Below are positions 27,946-38,469 of a DNA stretch of 64,000 bases, one piece after another (within the stretch, counting starts at the first letter, position 1; the number at the start of each line of letters is the position of its first letter). Origin of the DNA: a virus. Lineage: Duplodnaviria > Heunggongvirae > Uroviricota > Caudoviricetes. The translations under genes and the position numbers were made by a program. The notes beneath the pieces were generated by a model that saw only the letters and a program-made list of their open reading frames with translations, was not told the DNA's origin and did not search any database. Location of the stretch: the IMG/VR virus record IMGVR_UViG_3300035696_000002; one strand, 5' to 3'.

Positions 27946-28625
27946 CCTTTACGCGAGAACAACTCGAACGCAAAATTCGCCAGCGTGTGAAAGCCGCGAC
28001 CCGCAAACGGCTGCCAGAGAAAGTCGGCGAGGCCGGGCGGCATTTCTTCGACGATCATCGTCATTTCCGGGGCTACACCGGAGCAGAACTCCGCACCCTC
28101 ACTGCATTCGATCAAACTAGCTGCACTACGGCGTGGGATTGGGAGATCACAGTCCCCATAGCATGGGCGTCTAAGAACGACGACGGCTGGCGAGTCAGCG
28201 AGGCCAAGAAATGGATCATCCTCCAGTACGGGTTCAGTCATTGGGGGCATTCAGAAGCGTCAGTAAAGTTGAAGACGCGGACGATGGTGCCCAATGAGGG
28301 GGTCAGCCTATCCAACGCCGCTTATTTCCCGGAGTGGGTGCAGCGTGACAGCTTCGTCACCGTCCTTGAAGCCCGTGGTGTCAGCGACGAAGAGAAGAAA
28401 GAACCACAGGCTGACGCGAACGGAGAATGGTACTACGAGACCTACGTGCCCGGCCCATGGGAGCGTCTATTGGACGGCCCCAAACTGGAAGAGGCTATTG
28501 AACGTCATCGACAGGCCGAGGTCAGACTTGTCCGGCAACAGCAAGCACGTCATGAGCGTGAACTTAAAAAATCCCCGGCTCCCGCAGAGCATGTGAAGGA
28601 AGCTGGAAAACGTTACGGCATTTAA
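27942..28625 (+). CDS. hypothetical protein
   Basis: ORF track. Confidence 0.65.
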   Translation: MTFTREQLERKIRQRVKAATRKRLPEKVGEAGRHFFDDHRHFRGYTGAELRTLTAFDQTSCTTAWDWEITVPIAWASKNDDGWRVSEAKKWIILQYGFSHWGHSEASVKLKTRTMVPNEGVSLSNAAYFPEWVQRDSFVTVLEARGVSDEEKKEPQADANGEWYYETYVPGPWERLLDGPKLEEAIERHRQAEVRLVRQQQARHERELKKSPAPAEHVKEAGKRYGI

Positions 28626-28635
28626 CGGAGGCACT

Positions 28636-28890
28636 ATGAGCCACAAGAACGATCCTGATTACCACGACATTCGAGCGAAGGTTCTGCTCGAAGCTGCAAA
28701 CCACATCAAACAGTACCAGAAGGAAAATTTCGGACTCGATCAGATGACGCCGGGACTGGTTGAGGCCGCTGCTGAGCTTCGCCGTCTGGCATCCAATGCC
28801 CGTCGCCAGCACAAGAAAGTTGCCGACAGGCGGCGTCAGGAGTCACGCGATAGTGACGCCCGTGCCAAGGCCTTTGGCTTCGGCGGCTAA
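28636..28890 (+). CDS. hypothetical protein
   Basis: GGAGG RBS. Confidence 0.6.
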   Translation: MSHKNDPDYHDIRAKVLLEAANHIKQYQKENFGLDQMTPGLVEAAAELRRLASNARRQHKKVADRRRQESRDSDARAKAFGFGG

Positions 28891-29090
28891 TGCACACCTG
28901 CGACTATACGCCGCACGGCGGGCCTGAGTGTGAGAAGATCGCAACGAAATGCATCCAACTCGTTGACTACTACACCAACGGGGTGGAGCAGATCGTGGAT
29001 GCCGATACTGTCTGGCTCTGCGACGAACATTACAACGACCCCGAGTTGCGACAAAGCATGGAAGAGACCTTTGACGAGGTTCGCTACTGA
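28890..29090 (+). CDS. small Zn-finger family paralog
   Basis: TC...C.K.ATKC...WLCDEH. Confidence 0.6.
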   Translation: MHTCDYTPHGGPECEKIATKCIQLVDYYTNGVEQIVDADTVWLCDEHYNDPELRQSMEETFDEVRY

Positions 29091-29311
29091 TGCGTACCTG
29101 CGAATACCATCCTCATTGGGGTAATCCAATTCAGGCCGCGAAATCTCCTGCCTGCGGCAAGCCCGCTACCAAATGCTTTTGGGCTACATGGGCACCCATC
29201 TACGATCACCAAGAACCCATCTCACAACCGATTTGGGTATGTGACATACACTTTGAACCGGGCCTGATCCACGGAATGTGGCCCGAAGATAACATGACAC
29301 TGGAGTTCTGA
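29090..29311 (+). CDS. small Zn-finger family paralog
   Basis: TC...CGKPATKC...WVCDIH. Confidence 0.6.
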   Translation: MRTCEYHPHWGNPIQAAKSPACGKPATKCFWATWAPIYDHQEPISQPIWVCDIHFEPGLIHGMWPEDNMTLEF

Positions 29312-29535
29312 TGAGCGAGCCCGGCGTGTATCGCAGTGATGTCGAGGGGCACCTGTTGGTGCTCAAACTCAACCCTGTCTCTGTCACTTGCGTTGTCTGC
29401 GTAGAGACTTGCTCCCGTGCCGACTACAAAACCCTACTCGATTTCAAACCAGCCGCCGATGCGTTTGTCAGTAAACACGGGGCACTCGATAAGCGAATTG
29501 CCAACACCGTAGCAGAATTGATCCCATCGGACTAA
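29311..29535 (+). CDS. hypothetical protein
   Basis: TGATG coupling. Confidence 0.5.
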   Translation: MSEPGVYRSDVEGHLLVLKLNPVSVTCVVCVETCSRADYKTLLDFKPAADAFVSKHGALDKRIANTVAELIPSD

Positions 29536-29571
29536 AGTCGTGCCTATCGCCCCCTTTGTTAAGGAGGCAGG

Positions 29572-29871
29572 ATGTACGAACGCTTTATCCTTCCCGGCGA
29601 AGTCGAACGCAACGGCACCCGGCAGTTGGTGCAAACCAACTTTGCCATCGCCCGACTGTGGGATGTTCACGATGAATGTGATTTCATCATGGACATGGAA
29701 CTCGCCCTCGACAAGACCGTCTTCTTCCGCTGGGCAGCCTCGACTGTCGGCCCGGCTGGTCTCGTCCTGTATTCCTGCTACAACATGTCCCTCGAATTGC
29801 ATGAGCCCCCGCTGTGGATGGTGCATGAGATTCGTTGCCTCGCCTACCGCCTCACTGACGGCGTAAAGTAA
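29572..29871 (+). CDS. hypothetical protein
   Basis: AAGGAGG RBS. Confidence 0.6.
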   Translation: MYERFILPGEVERNGTRQLVQTNFAIARLWDVHDECDFIMDMELALDKTVFFRWAASTVGPAGLVLYSCYNMSLELHEPPLWMVHEIRCLAYRLTDGVK

Positions 29872-29957
29872 ATTTCACCGCTACCGAACCCACTTGTAGT
29901 GGAGCATTGTCTCCTAGTGCAGTAAAAATTCAAAGTCAAGTACAGTGAGGTAACGTT

Positions 29958-30956
29958 ATGTCCCATATCGCTTCAGCGGGCGATTCTTTCCAGCCCGATT
30001 TCCAATCCAAAACAAATCTCAAAGTAAGCAACCTGCCACAACGCAACGGCGTGATTACGTATGCCGAAATCTCAGCAATGTTGGCAAAAGTCACCAATGG
30101 CCTGACTGCCGACCTCGTTCAGAACAGCGGCAAGAAGGCTGTCGCGAAGTTCGTCAAGGAGCTTTTCAAGACCGTCCGCCTGCGGGAATGGGTCAAGAGT
30201 GACGAAGATAAGGCCCTGTCGTACAAGCTTTGGACGCAGGATGAAACCATCTATGTCTGGGTGAGGGGCACCACTATTGAAATCGTGAAGGGCCTCCGTC
30301 ATTTCCCGATTGCTGTCCTGCCTGAGGCCCCGGCCCTGCTCAACAACATCAGCCACGCACAGGAGATGATCGGCGAATCCGTCTATCAGTCGCCAATTCT
30401 GCCGGGGGAAGAGGAAATCTCTTTCGATGAAGACCCTGTTGCTCACGCAGAAGCCGTTGAACAGTTGGATGAGATTTTGCAATCGCCTGACGAACCCAGT
30501 GTTTTCGGGGAAGCGGTTTCAGACACCGACGACACTCTGGACGCCAAACCGAACGAGGGATCACACACCGCCCGTGCCAATGAGGACGCCAAGCTGGAAG
30601 GCATCGAGTGCCGCTACTGCGGGGCCGTCAATGCTCATCCTTACAAGGGAACCTGCCCGCAGTGTCCCAAAAAGTATAAGCCTGAGCCGACATTCAACGG
30701 GGAACCGCTGAAACCCAAGCCAGCCAACAACGACGTATGGATGGCGGCAGCGGTCGGACGTGGGGCGATCTCGCAGTTCAAGTCCCTACAGGGGCGGGTG
30801 CTTACCGTCATCGAAGCGGCGATCTCGGACAAGTCTCAACGAGAAGCTGTGAAGACGCTCATTAACAAGGAATTCCGTTCTACCATGAACAAGGTGAACT
30901 TCAGCCATGAAGACGGAAGGCCGCTCCCTTACACCGAAGACAGCGACGAGGAGTAA
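29958..30956 (+). CDS. hypothetical protein with acidic linker and Zn ribbon
   Basis: CRYCG...CPQC; GAGG RBS. Confidence 0.7.
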   Translation: MSHIASAGDSFQPDFQSKTNLKVSNLPQRNGVITYAEISAMLAKVTNGLTADLVQNSGKKAVAKFVKELFKTVRLREWVKSDEDKALSYKLWTQDETIYVWVRGTTIEIVKGLRHFPIAVLPEAPALLNNISHAQEMIGESVYQSPILPGEEEISFDEDPVAHAEAVEQLDEILQSPDEPSVFGEAVSDTDDTLDAKPNEGSHTARANEDAKLEGIECRYCGAVNAHPYKGTCPQCPKKYKPEPTFNGEPLKPKPANNDVWMAAAVGRGAISQFKSLQGRVLTVIEAAISDKSQREAVKTLINKEFRSTMNKVNFSHEDGRPLPYTEDSDEE

Positions 30957-30959
30957 GCC

Positions 30960-31154
30960 ATGCGTCCAAAGACTATTCCAATCGCCAAGGTTGTGAAGAA
31001 CACCGATGGTACCATGGAGATTTTCTTCGAAGAGGGTACCAATGCCAAGTCCGCAGAGTTTACTACTGACGACGGCGGCAAAGTGAAGTTCATCAACCCC
31101 CGTGGGCTCTATCAAGCTTCAGATAGAATCAAGGAAATTTCGATTCGGGGCTAA
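30960..31154 (+). CDS. hypothetical protein
   Basis: GGAG RBS. Confidence 0.55.
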   Translation: MRPKTIPIAKVVKNTDGTMEIFFEEGTNAKSAEFTTDDGGKVKFINPRGLYQASDRIKEISIRG

Positions 31155-31172
31155 AACCCCGTAATAGGTAGC

Positions 31173-33146
31173 ATGGAAGATTCCCTCCAGTGTCCCCTTG
31201 TTACCGCTTACGCGACGACAGCCGGGTTAGGCCCGGCTGATCGTCCGTTTGAAGCTCTAAGTGTCGAACTGCTGGAGAAGCTGTACACCATCCGCAAATG
31301 GGATTTGGAGGCGTGGGGGCCGATTAAATTCAGTTGGCCATCGCTGCTCCGCAAAACCATCTGGGACATCACCACCGATACGGACTCAGGTGAGCCCCTG
31401 ACCCTGAAGGAATTTCAGAAACAAGCCATCATCCATCTCACCCGTATGCCCCGGTTCATCCTCGGCGATTCTGTGGGACTGGGGAAGACGCTGGACGCCA
31501 TCGCATCTTTCTGCTGGCTCAAAGAACGGTTTCCAGAACTCAAGCTCGTCGTAGTCACAACCAAGTCCACCACGTATCAATGGGCGGACGAAATCCGCCG
31601 CTACAGCCTCCTCCGGCCCTACGTGATGCGTGACACGTTCCGTGGCTTGAAAGGTTCAGAAGCCCGGTATATGCAGATGATCTCACTCCTCGAAGGCCAG
31701 AAAAAGGACGTGATGATCGTGAAGTACTCGTCACTGATCGGCACCCGCAAGACAGACGAGGAGGGACAGACCGAGCGGTTATCAGAAGAGATACGCACCT
31801 TCACCAAGATTCTCAAAGAGCACAGCGAGAACACGATTGTGGTGTTTGATGAGTGCCATAAATTCAAGAGCACAGGTACGTCAACTCGCAAGCTCGTTCA
31901 GGAGTTTTCGAAAAACATCCGTGCAGTCTGGGCGATGACGGCGACCGCAATCAAGAACGGGTTGGATGAGTTCTACAGCATCGCGGACGCAATCGGTATC
32001 AAGCCGCTGGGCAACATCTACGAATTCCGCAATGATTTCTGTCTCTACCGGAAGCAGTACATCGGCAGAGGCCGCTATAAGAAAATTCTGACTGGGTACC
32101 AGAATGTCCCCACGGTGAAAGCGGCCCTGCGGCCATTCTTCCTTGGTCGATCTCAGCGGCAGGTAAAGGAAAAGCTCCCACGGCTGAGCACTGTGTTTCA
32201 CCCTATCGACCTGAACGATAAGCAGGTTCAAATCCTTGAACACGATCTGCCCAGTGGCAATATCGAACTCCCACCAATCTTGTACAAGGTCGCCGGAGAG
32301 GCTGGCTGGCGGGAGAAAGAACGTGACCCGGAGAACAAATGGACGCAGCTTTCGGTGCAGCAGTTGGTAACCAATCACTGGGCGTTACTCGACCGTAACA
32401 ACGAGAAAGAGTTTCACACCCGGAGCCTGTCCCCCAAGGAAGAGGCCCTTCTGGACATGCTGGACGGCGATTACCGGGGTGAGAAGGTCGTAGTGTACAC
32501 CAAGTACCGCACGTGGATCGACCGTCTGGAGTGGCTTACCAAGAACAATTACTTCACCAGCAGGAAATTCCTGAGAATTACTGGGGCCGAGAACGAAAAG
32601 AAGCGGAACGACAACAAAACATTGTTCCAAGCCCCCGATTCAGGCCACGATCTGATCGTCATCAATGCGGCTGGGATGGACGGTATCAACCTCCAGCAGG
32701 CAGCCCACATGATTATGCTTGACGTACCGTGGTCATGGGGCGATCTGATCCAGCTTGTAGGCCGCATGGTGCGTATGGCGTCCCCGCACTCGGCCTGCAC
32801 GCTGCACGTAATGGTTGCAAAAGGAACGATTGACGAGTATGCTATCGACACGCTGAAGAGCAAGAAGGGCGTCTTCGAAAAAATCCTCGGAGAATCCCAC
32901 TCTGCTGGTATACTTGATGACGGCGGGCTCCTTGACCTTGAATCAGGTATGGAAGCCGGAGGTACGGAAGAAGAGTTTGCTGACATGCTGCATGCTCACG
33001 TGAAGAAGGGCAGCATGAAAGACTTCCTGTCCGGCGACAACATTGGTCGGGCCAAGAACGCGAATTATCAGATGTCGTTTGAGAAGGGCAAGAAGCAGCA
33101 GAAAAAGAAACAGGAACTCGTTCTTTTCGACGCAGAGGAATTATGA
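31173..33146 (+). CDS. SNF2-family helicase/ATPase
   Basis: DSVGLGKT, DECH, MTAT, GINLQ, QLVGRMVR. Confidence 0.9.
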   Translation: MEDSLQCPLVTAYATTAGLGPADRPFEALSVELLEKLYTIRKWDLEAWGPIKFSWPSLLRKTIWDITTDTDSGEPLTLKEFQKQAIIHLTRMPRFILGDSVGLGKTLDAIASFCWLKERFPELKLVVVTTKSTTYQWADEIRRYSLLRPYVMRDTFRGLKGSEARYMQMISLLEGQKKDVMIVKYSSLIGTRKTDEEGQTERLSEEIRTFTKILKEHSENTIVVFDECHKFKSTGTSTRKLVQEFSKNIRAVWAMTATAIKNGLDEFYSIADAIGIKPLGNIYEFRNDFCLYRKQYIGRGRYKKILTGYQNVPTVKAALRPFFLGRSQRQVKEKLPRLSTVFHPIDLNDKQVQILEHDLPSGNIELPPILYKVAGEAGWREKERDPENKWTQLSVQQLVTNHWALLDRNNEKEFHTRSLSPKEEALLDMLDGDYRGEKVVVYTKYRTWIDRLEWLTKNNYFTSRKFLRITGAENEKKRNDNKTLFQAPDSGHDLIVINAAGMDGINLQQAAHMIMLDVPWSWGDLIQLVGRMVRMASPHSACTLHVMVAKGTIDEYAIDTLKSKKGVFEKILGESHSAGILDDGGLLDLESGMEAGGTEEEFADMLHAHVKKGSMKDFLSGDNIGRAKNANYQMSFEKGKKQQKKKQELVLFDAEEL

Positions 33147-33484
33147 GTTTAGCTCTGACAGTGCTGGAGTTTGTTGCAGGCCTCACCTTCGGTGTGATCC
33201 TGTTGGCGTATGTTTACTACGCCGGAATGATACGCGGACAACTCAAAGAATTCGCGATCTGGGCTCAGTTGATCGACACTATCCAAGCCCCAAACTGGCA
33301 ATCCATTCCAAAGTTGTACGAAGACCCGGAGAAACAAAAAACCGCCGCACAGACCTACGTGGCGGTTTTCAACATGGTGAAGGATATTTTCCAGCGAGAT
33401 GCGTTGGTGCGGCGGTTTGAAACCGCCCTCGACGGCGACCAATTGATTTCTGACAAGGAAGCCGGGTCTGCTATCCATGGATAG
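33143..33484 (+). CDS. membrane protein
   Basis: N-terminal TM segment. Confidence 0.6.
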   Translation: MSLALTVLEFVAGLTFGVILLAYVYYAGMIRGQLKEFAIWAQLIDTIQAPNWQSIPKLYEDPEKQKTAAQTYVAVFNMVKDIFQRDALVRRFETALDGDQLISDKEAGSAIHG

Positions 33485-33677
33485 TTTCTTCGTCAATTGC
33501 CCTGATGTCATTCAAGCGACCAAGGCCCTCGAAACCCACATCAGAAATTGCAGAGATTGTCACGTAACGCCGGATGAAGATACCCACTACTGCTCCGAAG
33601 CAGAATTGCTGTGGATGGTTTACCGCGAAATCCTCAGGCAAAAAACATCCAAGATGGCCGCTGGCCAGATGAATTGA
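33477..33677 (+). CDS. hypothetical protein
   Basis: ORF track. Confidence 0.5.
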   Translation: MDSFFVNCPDVIQATKALETHIRNCRDCHVTPDEDTHYCSEAELLWMVYREILRQKTSKMAAGQMN

Positions 33678-33889
33678 TGGCGTTCAAAGACCTTAACTGT
33701 ACTTGTGACGAATACTGCCGCTGTTCGTATGGAGCCCCTTGTGCCTGTTCAGGCATGGGCGATGACCCGCACTGCATGTATTGCTGCCAACATCTGACTC
33801 CCGGCATGGAACGGGCGTGGCGAGAAGAATTAGCCACGATGCCCGACTTCGACGATTTCGAAAACGAAGAACCTCAATCCAGCAAATAA
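33677..33889 (+). CDS. Cys-rich small protein
   Basis: multiple Cys; TGATG coupling. Confidence 0.5.
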   Translation: MAFKDLNCTCDEYCRCSYGAPCACSGMGDDPHCMYCCQHLTPGMERAWREELATMPDFDDFENEEPQSSK

Positions 33890-33891
33890 TC

Positions 33892-33905
33892 CAGTATTAA
33901 AGAGC
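33892..33905 (+). promoter_or_regulatory. class II motif CAGTATT-N7-ATG
   Basis: repeat of the motif at 12074. Confidence 0.5.
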
Positions 33906-34217
33906 ATGAGTAAACCAGCGATTTTCGGAACCACCATTTCCATAGAATTCGGGGATAAAGAGTACGGGAATGGTTCGCAAGCCTACATGAACCTACAGGG
34001 CCGCTACCCAGAGCCCGGCAAGCCTATTGATGAACTGGACGATGTAATCATCGACGGGCTGGACATGTACTTCGCCGCGTGGAAAAGTCTGCTGGCGGGT
34101 CGCTACGCATCAGGTGTCATCGACGGGAAAACTTTCAAGGAACAGTTGGCTGCAACCACGGCCAAGTTCGAGAAGGTGCGGAACTTTCTAAAGAGAGAAG
34201 CTGAAAACAATGCCTAG
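33906..34217 (+). CDS. hypothetical protein
   Basis: ORF track. Confidence 0.65.
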   Translation: MSKPAIFGTTISIEFGDKEYGNGSQAYMNLQGRYPEPGKPIDELDDVIIDGLDMYFAAWKSLLAGRYASGVIDGKTFKEQLAATTAKFEKVRNFLKREAENNA

Positions 34218-35241
34218 TATTGCCAGCATGTTGGCTGCCTTCAGGGCAGAGGCCTTGCTGGAAAACCAGCCGATCCTTGACGAGATCGCTCAACTTGTAA
34301 AAGACCTCCGTTACAACACTGACGGAGAAGTCATTGCCTTCGATGACTACTTTGAACGTCTGCACAAAGACGTGCAGGACTTACCCCGCCTTGCACTGCA
34401 ATCAGACCTTGCTCCCGGCGAGGACACCCAGTACACGTTGCAACTCATCACCACCATGCAGCAGGTCTACGACGACTGTGACCGTGTGCGTCGGAAAATC
34501 ATTCGCTTTGAAACCCGGCTGCTTTCGGCAAAGGATCAAATCGCCCAATTAGCGGCAACGTTCGGGGCGTGGTACATCTTGGCTGCCAATCAAATCATCG
34601 AGACCAATGAATTGAAATTCCCTGCCGTACAGGTGAAGCAGTTGGCAACCGCAGAGTTCTCCCGCCTCATGGATCACTTGGACATCAAAGTGAACTCCCT
34701 CTTGATGCAGGTCGAGGCTGAGAACATCAAAGTTAAGGAACACAAAGCCACGCAGAAAGAAAAGTTCACGATGGGCAAGACGCAGGCCGATCTCAGTTAC
34801 GCCAGCAATCTGCCCAACTACGGCGAGGCACCAGACAACTCCAGCCAGTTGACCGAGGAGCAGGAACCTGAGGAAGAAGATGGTGGGGATGTTCCGGCCT
34901 TCGTCACCCGGCGTCCGGTAGTCGGCAACAATCCGATGCAGGCTGCGGTAGATGCAGCTAAGCCCGGCGACACTGTGGTATTTGAATTCAAGGAAAACGT
35001 CGCACCAACCATCGCCGCGATCAAGGACAAGCTGACGGTGAGTCCCACGACTACGGTAGAGATCACTGTTGATCCAGTCCCAGACCCGGCCCCCAAGGGC
35101 ACGTTTCACAAAACACTCCCGGCCAAGCCTGTGAGCATTATTCATGACGACGGCGGGCCTATTGCCGCTCTCGATGATGAACCTGAGCCAGCACGCCCAC
35201 CTCGTAAGCACCTCGTGTTTGATGACGATGAGGAGATATGA
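34210..35241 (+). CDS. coiled-coil hypothetical protein with acidic C-terminus
   Basis: 343-aa ORF. Confidence 0.7.
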   Translation: MPSIASMLAAFRAEALLENQPILDEIAQLVKDLRYNTDGEVIAFDDYFERLHKDVQDLPRLALQSDLAPGEDTQYTLQLITTMQQVYDDCDRVRRKIIRFETRLLSAKDQIAQLAATFGAWYILAANQIIETNELKFPAVQVKQLATAEFSRLMDHLDIKVNSLLMQVEAENIKVKEHKATQKEKFTMGKTQADLSYASNLPNYGEAPDNSSQLTEEQEPEEEDGGDVPAFVTRRPVVGNNPMQAAVDAAKPGDTVVFEFKENVAPTIAAIKDKLTVSPTTTVEITVDPVPDPAPKGTFHKTLPAKPVSIIHDDGGPIAALDDEPEPARPPRKHLVFDDDEEI

Positions 35242-35768
35242 GAAACTTCTGCGGCACGATAGGACGGTATGACGGCAAGTTCCTAACCCTTGCCTTGCAT
35301 TGCCTCGTCCTACAGAAGCCGATCATGGATTTGGCCGATGCCCAGTATGAAGCCCAGACAGGCCTGAAAAAGAGCCGAAAATCTCATCCCACACTTGGTG
35401 CCCCAGTCACCGAAGAAACTGGACAGATCAGGATGTTCCCGCTCAGCACGGAACAGCGTGAAGAGTTCACCAAATTCGCCAAGAATCTCCAATATTTTTT
35501 GAAGGATGACGACAAGGCCAACGCTGGTATGTGGGATTGGATCACTGCCACAAAAGATTTTGAATTCGCTGACTACGATCATCACGTATTCTTCGACGCC
35601 ATTCCAAATGAGAAGTTGCGGCCCGGTATTGAGATGATGTTTAAGGTGGGGCGGGGGGAGCCATTGGAGGACTACGTGGAGCTTGTTAAGTTCCTGTCGT
35701 GGTTAAATGGCCGTGCCCTGCATGAGCACGAAGATCGACGAATGTCCGAAAGCGGGGGGTGTTTCTAA
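35238..35768 (+). CDS. hypothetical protein
   Basis: AGGAG RBS. Confidence 0.65.
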   Translation: MRNFCGTIGRYDGKFLTLALHCLVLQKPIMDLADAQYEAQTGLKKSRKSHPTLGAPVTEETGQIRMFPLSTEQREEFTKFAKNLQYFLKDDDKANAGMWDWITATKDFEFADYDHHVFFDAIPNEKLRPGIEMMFKVGRGEPLEDYVELVKFLSWLNGRALHEHEDRRMSESGGCF

Positions 35769-36377
35769 ATGCCGCCATTCTACCAAACAATCAACGAGAA
35801 GATCGCCAACGGCGAATATCTGAACAGGCACGAAATGGTCGCCATGTTCTCGGTCTCGAACCGCAAGGCAATCATCAAGCTCCTTGAAAAATACTACAAA
35901 AATTTCTCGGCTGCACGGGGTTCCAGCCACAACCACCAAGACTGGGAGGGCGGCTATTTGGATCACGTGGTTGAGACCATGAACATCGCCTGTCAGCTTT
36001 ACTATCGGTTTAATACGATCCGGGGCTTGCCCTTCGTGCTGGCGGATGCTCTCTTAGTTCTGTTCCTACACGATCTGGAAAAGCCGTTCAAGCACGGCAA
36101 GATTCTCACCTTGTGTGACTGTGGGGCCGAGTGCTCCTGCCCGACCATTCCGGCAACCAAGGAAAATCGCAAAGAATTCCGGGCCAACCTGATTAAGACG
36201 TATGGGATCACGTTATCGCCTGAACAGGAAAACGCCCTGAGATACGTTGAAGGTGTGCCTGACAGCGAGTACACGCCGGGCGAACGCACTATGGGCGAGC
36301 TTGCGGCTTTCTGCCACTGCTGTGACATCCTGTCCGCCCGCCTCTGGTATGATCGCGGGAGAGAACAGGCATGGTAG
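35769..36377 (+). CDS. HD-domain phosphohydrolase
   Basis: HNH..WEGGYLDH, LHDLEK, HCCD. Confidence 0.8.
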   Translation: MPPFYQTINEKIANGEYLNRHEMVAMFSVSNRKAIIKLLEKYYKNFSAARGSSHNHQDWEGGYLDHVVETMNIACQLYYRFNTIRGLPFVLADALLVLFLHDLEKPFKHGKILTLCDCGAECSCPTIPATKENRKEFRANLIKTYGITLSPEQENALRYVEGVPDSEYTPGERTMGELAAFCHCCDILSARLWYDRGREQAW

Positions 36378-36856
36378 AGATTGTCTTTGACCCAGATTTC
36401 ACCGGGCCTGACCTCGTAGCAATAGCCCCCGCCATCCCAAACACCCCGGACGAAGTGCTCCACGTTTCGTGGAAGAACACCCGCCAAGAAGCACTCATCC
36501 TCGAAGAGTTCCCCGACAGGAGCTTTGTCCTGCACGTTGATGATCTGGTCGATATCCAGCACGCGGCGTGGCGGCTGGGCCTGCCCTTGAAGGTAGAACA
36601 GAATTTGATCGAGGAGACCAAGCTCTCGCTCTGCCATCAGAAATCCTACAACTGGCGGAAGTTCACCGAAACGAACGGTGAATTCCGTTCCAAGAATGCC
36701 ATACTGAAACTCGCGGCGGAACTGATTCGTGCCAATACTCCGAGCGTGCATTTAACTAATGCAGCAAAAAATGTGGTATTAGACGGTGTGAGCCCGCAGG
36801 ATGCGGACTTGATGTTGAGACTCAGCTTTCTGGAGACAAAGCATGTCAGACCGTAA
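36371..36856 (+). CDS. hypothetical protein
   Basis: ORF track. Confidence 0.6.
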   Translation: MVEIVFDPDFTGPDLVAIAPAIPNTPDEVLHVSWKNTRQEALILEEFPDRSFVLHVDDLVDIQHAAWRLGLPLKVEQNLIEETKLSLCHQKSYNWRKFTETNGEFRSKNAILKLAAELIRANTPSVHLTNAAKNVVLDGVSPQDADLMLRLSFLETKHVRP

Positions 36857-37049
36857 ACACATAGGAAAAGGGGCCGTGAAGGCGGCGAATCGTGCACATC
36901 GGCACGCCGTACACAACGAGCAGATTGCCATCGCAATCCGCAAGGCACGCAGCGGTGAGACGCCCATGAGCGACAAGGCAGCAAAATTCTTTGCCCGGCA
37001 GGCGACTGACCGGATTCTTTCGGAGGAACGCCGTGCCCAAAAAGCTTAA
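36843..37049 (+). CDS. small basic protein
   Basis: GGAG RBS. Confidence 0.5.
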   Translation: MSDRKHIGKGAVKAANRAHRHAVHNEQIAIAIRKARSGETPMSDKAAKFFARQATDRILSEERRAQKA

Positions 37050-37248
37050 GCCGGAGTGGAAGATCACCGGAACACAAATCGCCCCGGCCCCGTACAACAG
37101 TGCGGGAGTTGAGCACACCTTCTATTTCGAGAAGATGCCAAACAGCAGTCATCCAACCGTCTTCATCTCGGCCTACTGTTACGAGAAGGATGACGTGAAG
37201 TTCATCGAGCAAACAGTGAAGGAAATCGAACGGCTCTTAAATGCCTGA
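37033..37248 (+). CDS. hypothetical protein
   Basis: GGAGG RBS; GTG start. Confidence 0.55.
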   Translation: MPKKLKPEWKITGTQIAPAPYNSAGVEHTFYFEKMPNSSHPTVFISAYCYEKDDVKFIEQTVKEIERLLNA

Positions 37249-37516
37249 ATTTGAGCACGAACCGGGATTCCCGAAAAAGTGGCTCGACAAGAAACAGTAC
37301 ATCCGTGTAGACCCGGTAACGGGTAAGCCGGAACTGATTCGGGTCGAGCCTATGGTTACTGAGGCTGGGGAACTTATCGCACATAGCGTGCTTGTCTACG
37401 TCGATAACAACTCGCCCATGGCCATGGATCGCGAGCAGATCGAAGCCTATTTGGCAACTCTTAATTGCGTTCCGGTCGAAGACGTGTCACAATACAAGCA
37501 CAAGAAGATTCACTGA
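37241..37516 (+). CDS. hypothetical protein
   Basis: ORF track. Confidence 0.6.
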   Translation: MPEFEHEPGFPKKWLDKKQYIRVDPVTGKPELIRVEPMVTEAGELIAHSVLVYVDNNSPMAMDREQIEAYLATLNCVPVEDVSQYKHKKIH

Positions 37517-37719
37517 TGCGGCAGGCTTGTGAAGCGTTTGTTTATTCCGAGGGCGGTTGTTCCCTTTGGGGACAGAAGGCCCTCGTGGTGGGTGAAACTG
37601 CTGAGCAGTGTGGGAAGCCCGGTGTAGATTACGTTTCACGGCCTGATAACGGGCGGCTGTGGTTGTGTGCGTACCATTATGATATCTGGTGGAAGATGTA
37701 CGGGCCGGGACGGACATGA
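37516..37719 (+). CDS. small Zn-finger family paralog
   Basis: ACE...CGKPG...WLCAYHY. Confidence 0.55.
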   Translation: MRQACEAFVYSEGGCSLWGQKALVVGETAEQCGKPGVDYVSRPDNGRLWLCAYHYDIWWKMYGPGRT

Positions 37720-37871
37720 GGAAATTTACAGGCGACAAATGCCCGACATGCGGCACTGAATTTATCGAGGACATGTGTCCGTCCGCTGTTGCCTATCGGA
37801 AACGTTTGAAGGCCCGCCGCTCACGGGCGGCGAAACGGGGATGGAAAACCCGCAGGAATGCTAAAGACTAA
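37716..37871 (+). CDS. small basic Zn-ribbon protein
   Basis: CPTCG. Confidence 0.5.
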   Translation: MRKFTGDKCPTCGTEFIEDMCPSAVAYRKRLKARRSRAAKRGWKTRRNAKD

Positions 37872-38118
37872 GTACGGCTACCACTCAGTCAAAATCAAGA
37901 AGGGTGAGTTGGGTGAGCTTTCCAAAATCCAAGAAGAGTTGGATGAGCTTAAAGACGCCGAAGAACAGAGCGTAAAGATTCTCTCAATGGTTGAACTTGC
38001 CGATCTGTATGGAGCGATCAGGGAGTTCGCCAGACGTAAATACGGCCTGAAGATGAGAGACCTGCACGACATGGCCAAATTGACGCGAAGAGCGTTCGAA
38101 CAGGGGTACCGAAAATGA
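37858..38118 (+). CDS. MazG/HisE-like NTP pyrophosphatase-fold protein
   Basis: KIQEELDEL...ELADL acidic metal-binding pattern. Confidence 0.6.
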   Translation: MLKTKYGYHSVKIKKGELGELSKIQEELDELKDAEEQSVKILSMVELADLYGAIREFARRKYGLKMRDLHDMAKLTRRAFEQGYRK

Positions 38119-38333
38119 ATTGGGAAAAGGCTACAAAGAAAACAATCGCCGGGGCAACGATGTTCGGGGCAATGCTGTTGATCGCCCCCATCGCAACCTA
38201 TGCTGTCGTTGTCGAGGAAGAGAACGTCCCCCATTGGTTGGAAGATGGGCTGGAGGCCATGTTCGAGGGCGTCGAAACCGTTCTCGATTGGGCTCAGACT
38301 ACGGCACCGGAGCCGGAGCTACAGGCAAAGTAG
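38115..38333 (+). CDS. small membrane protein
   Basis: hydrophobic segment. Confidence 0.5.
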   Translation: MNWEKATKKTIAGATMFGAMLLIAPIATYAVVVEEENVPHWLEDGLEAMFEGVETVLDWAQTTAPEPELQAK

Positions 38334-38334
38334 T

Positions 38335-38469
38335 ATGACTGACGCTGAAGTACTAAACTGGTTCGACGCCAACACGGATCGCCTTCAAGATGTGTACTGG
38401 CACATCGAGAATGAGGGTGGGACTGTCCGTGATGCTGTCCAAGCCCTCTCAGAAATGGATGAAGAGTAA
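38335..38469 (+). CDS. hypothetical protein
   Basis: fills gap; coupled to next gene. Confidence 0.5.
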   Translation: MTDAEVLNWFDANTDRLQDVYWHIENEGGTVRDAVQALSEMDEE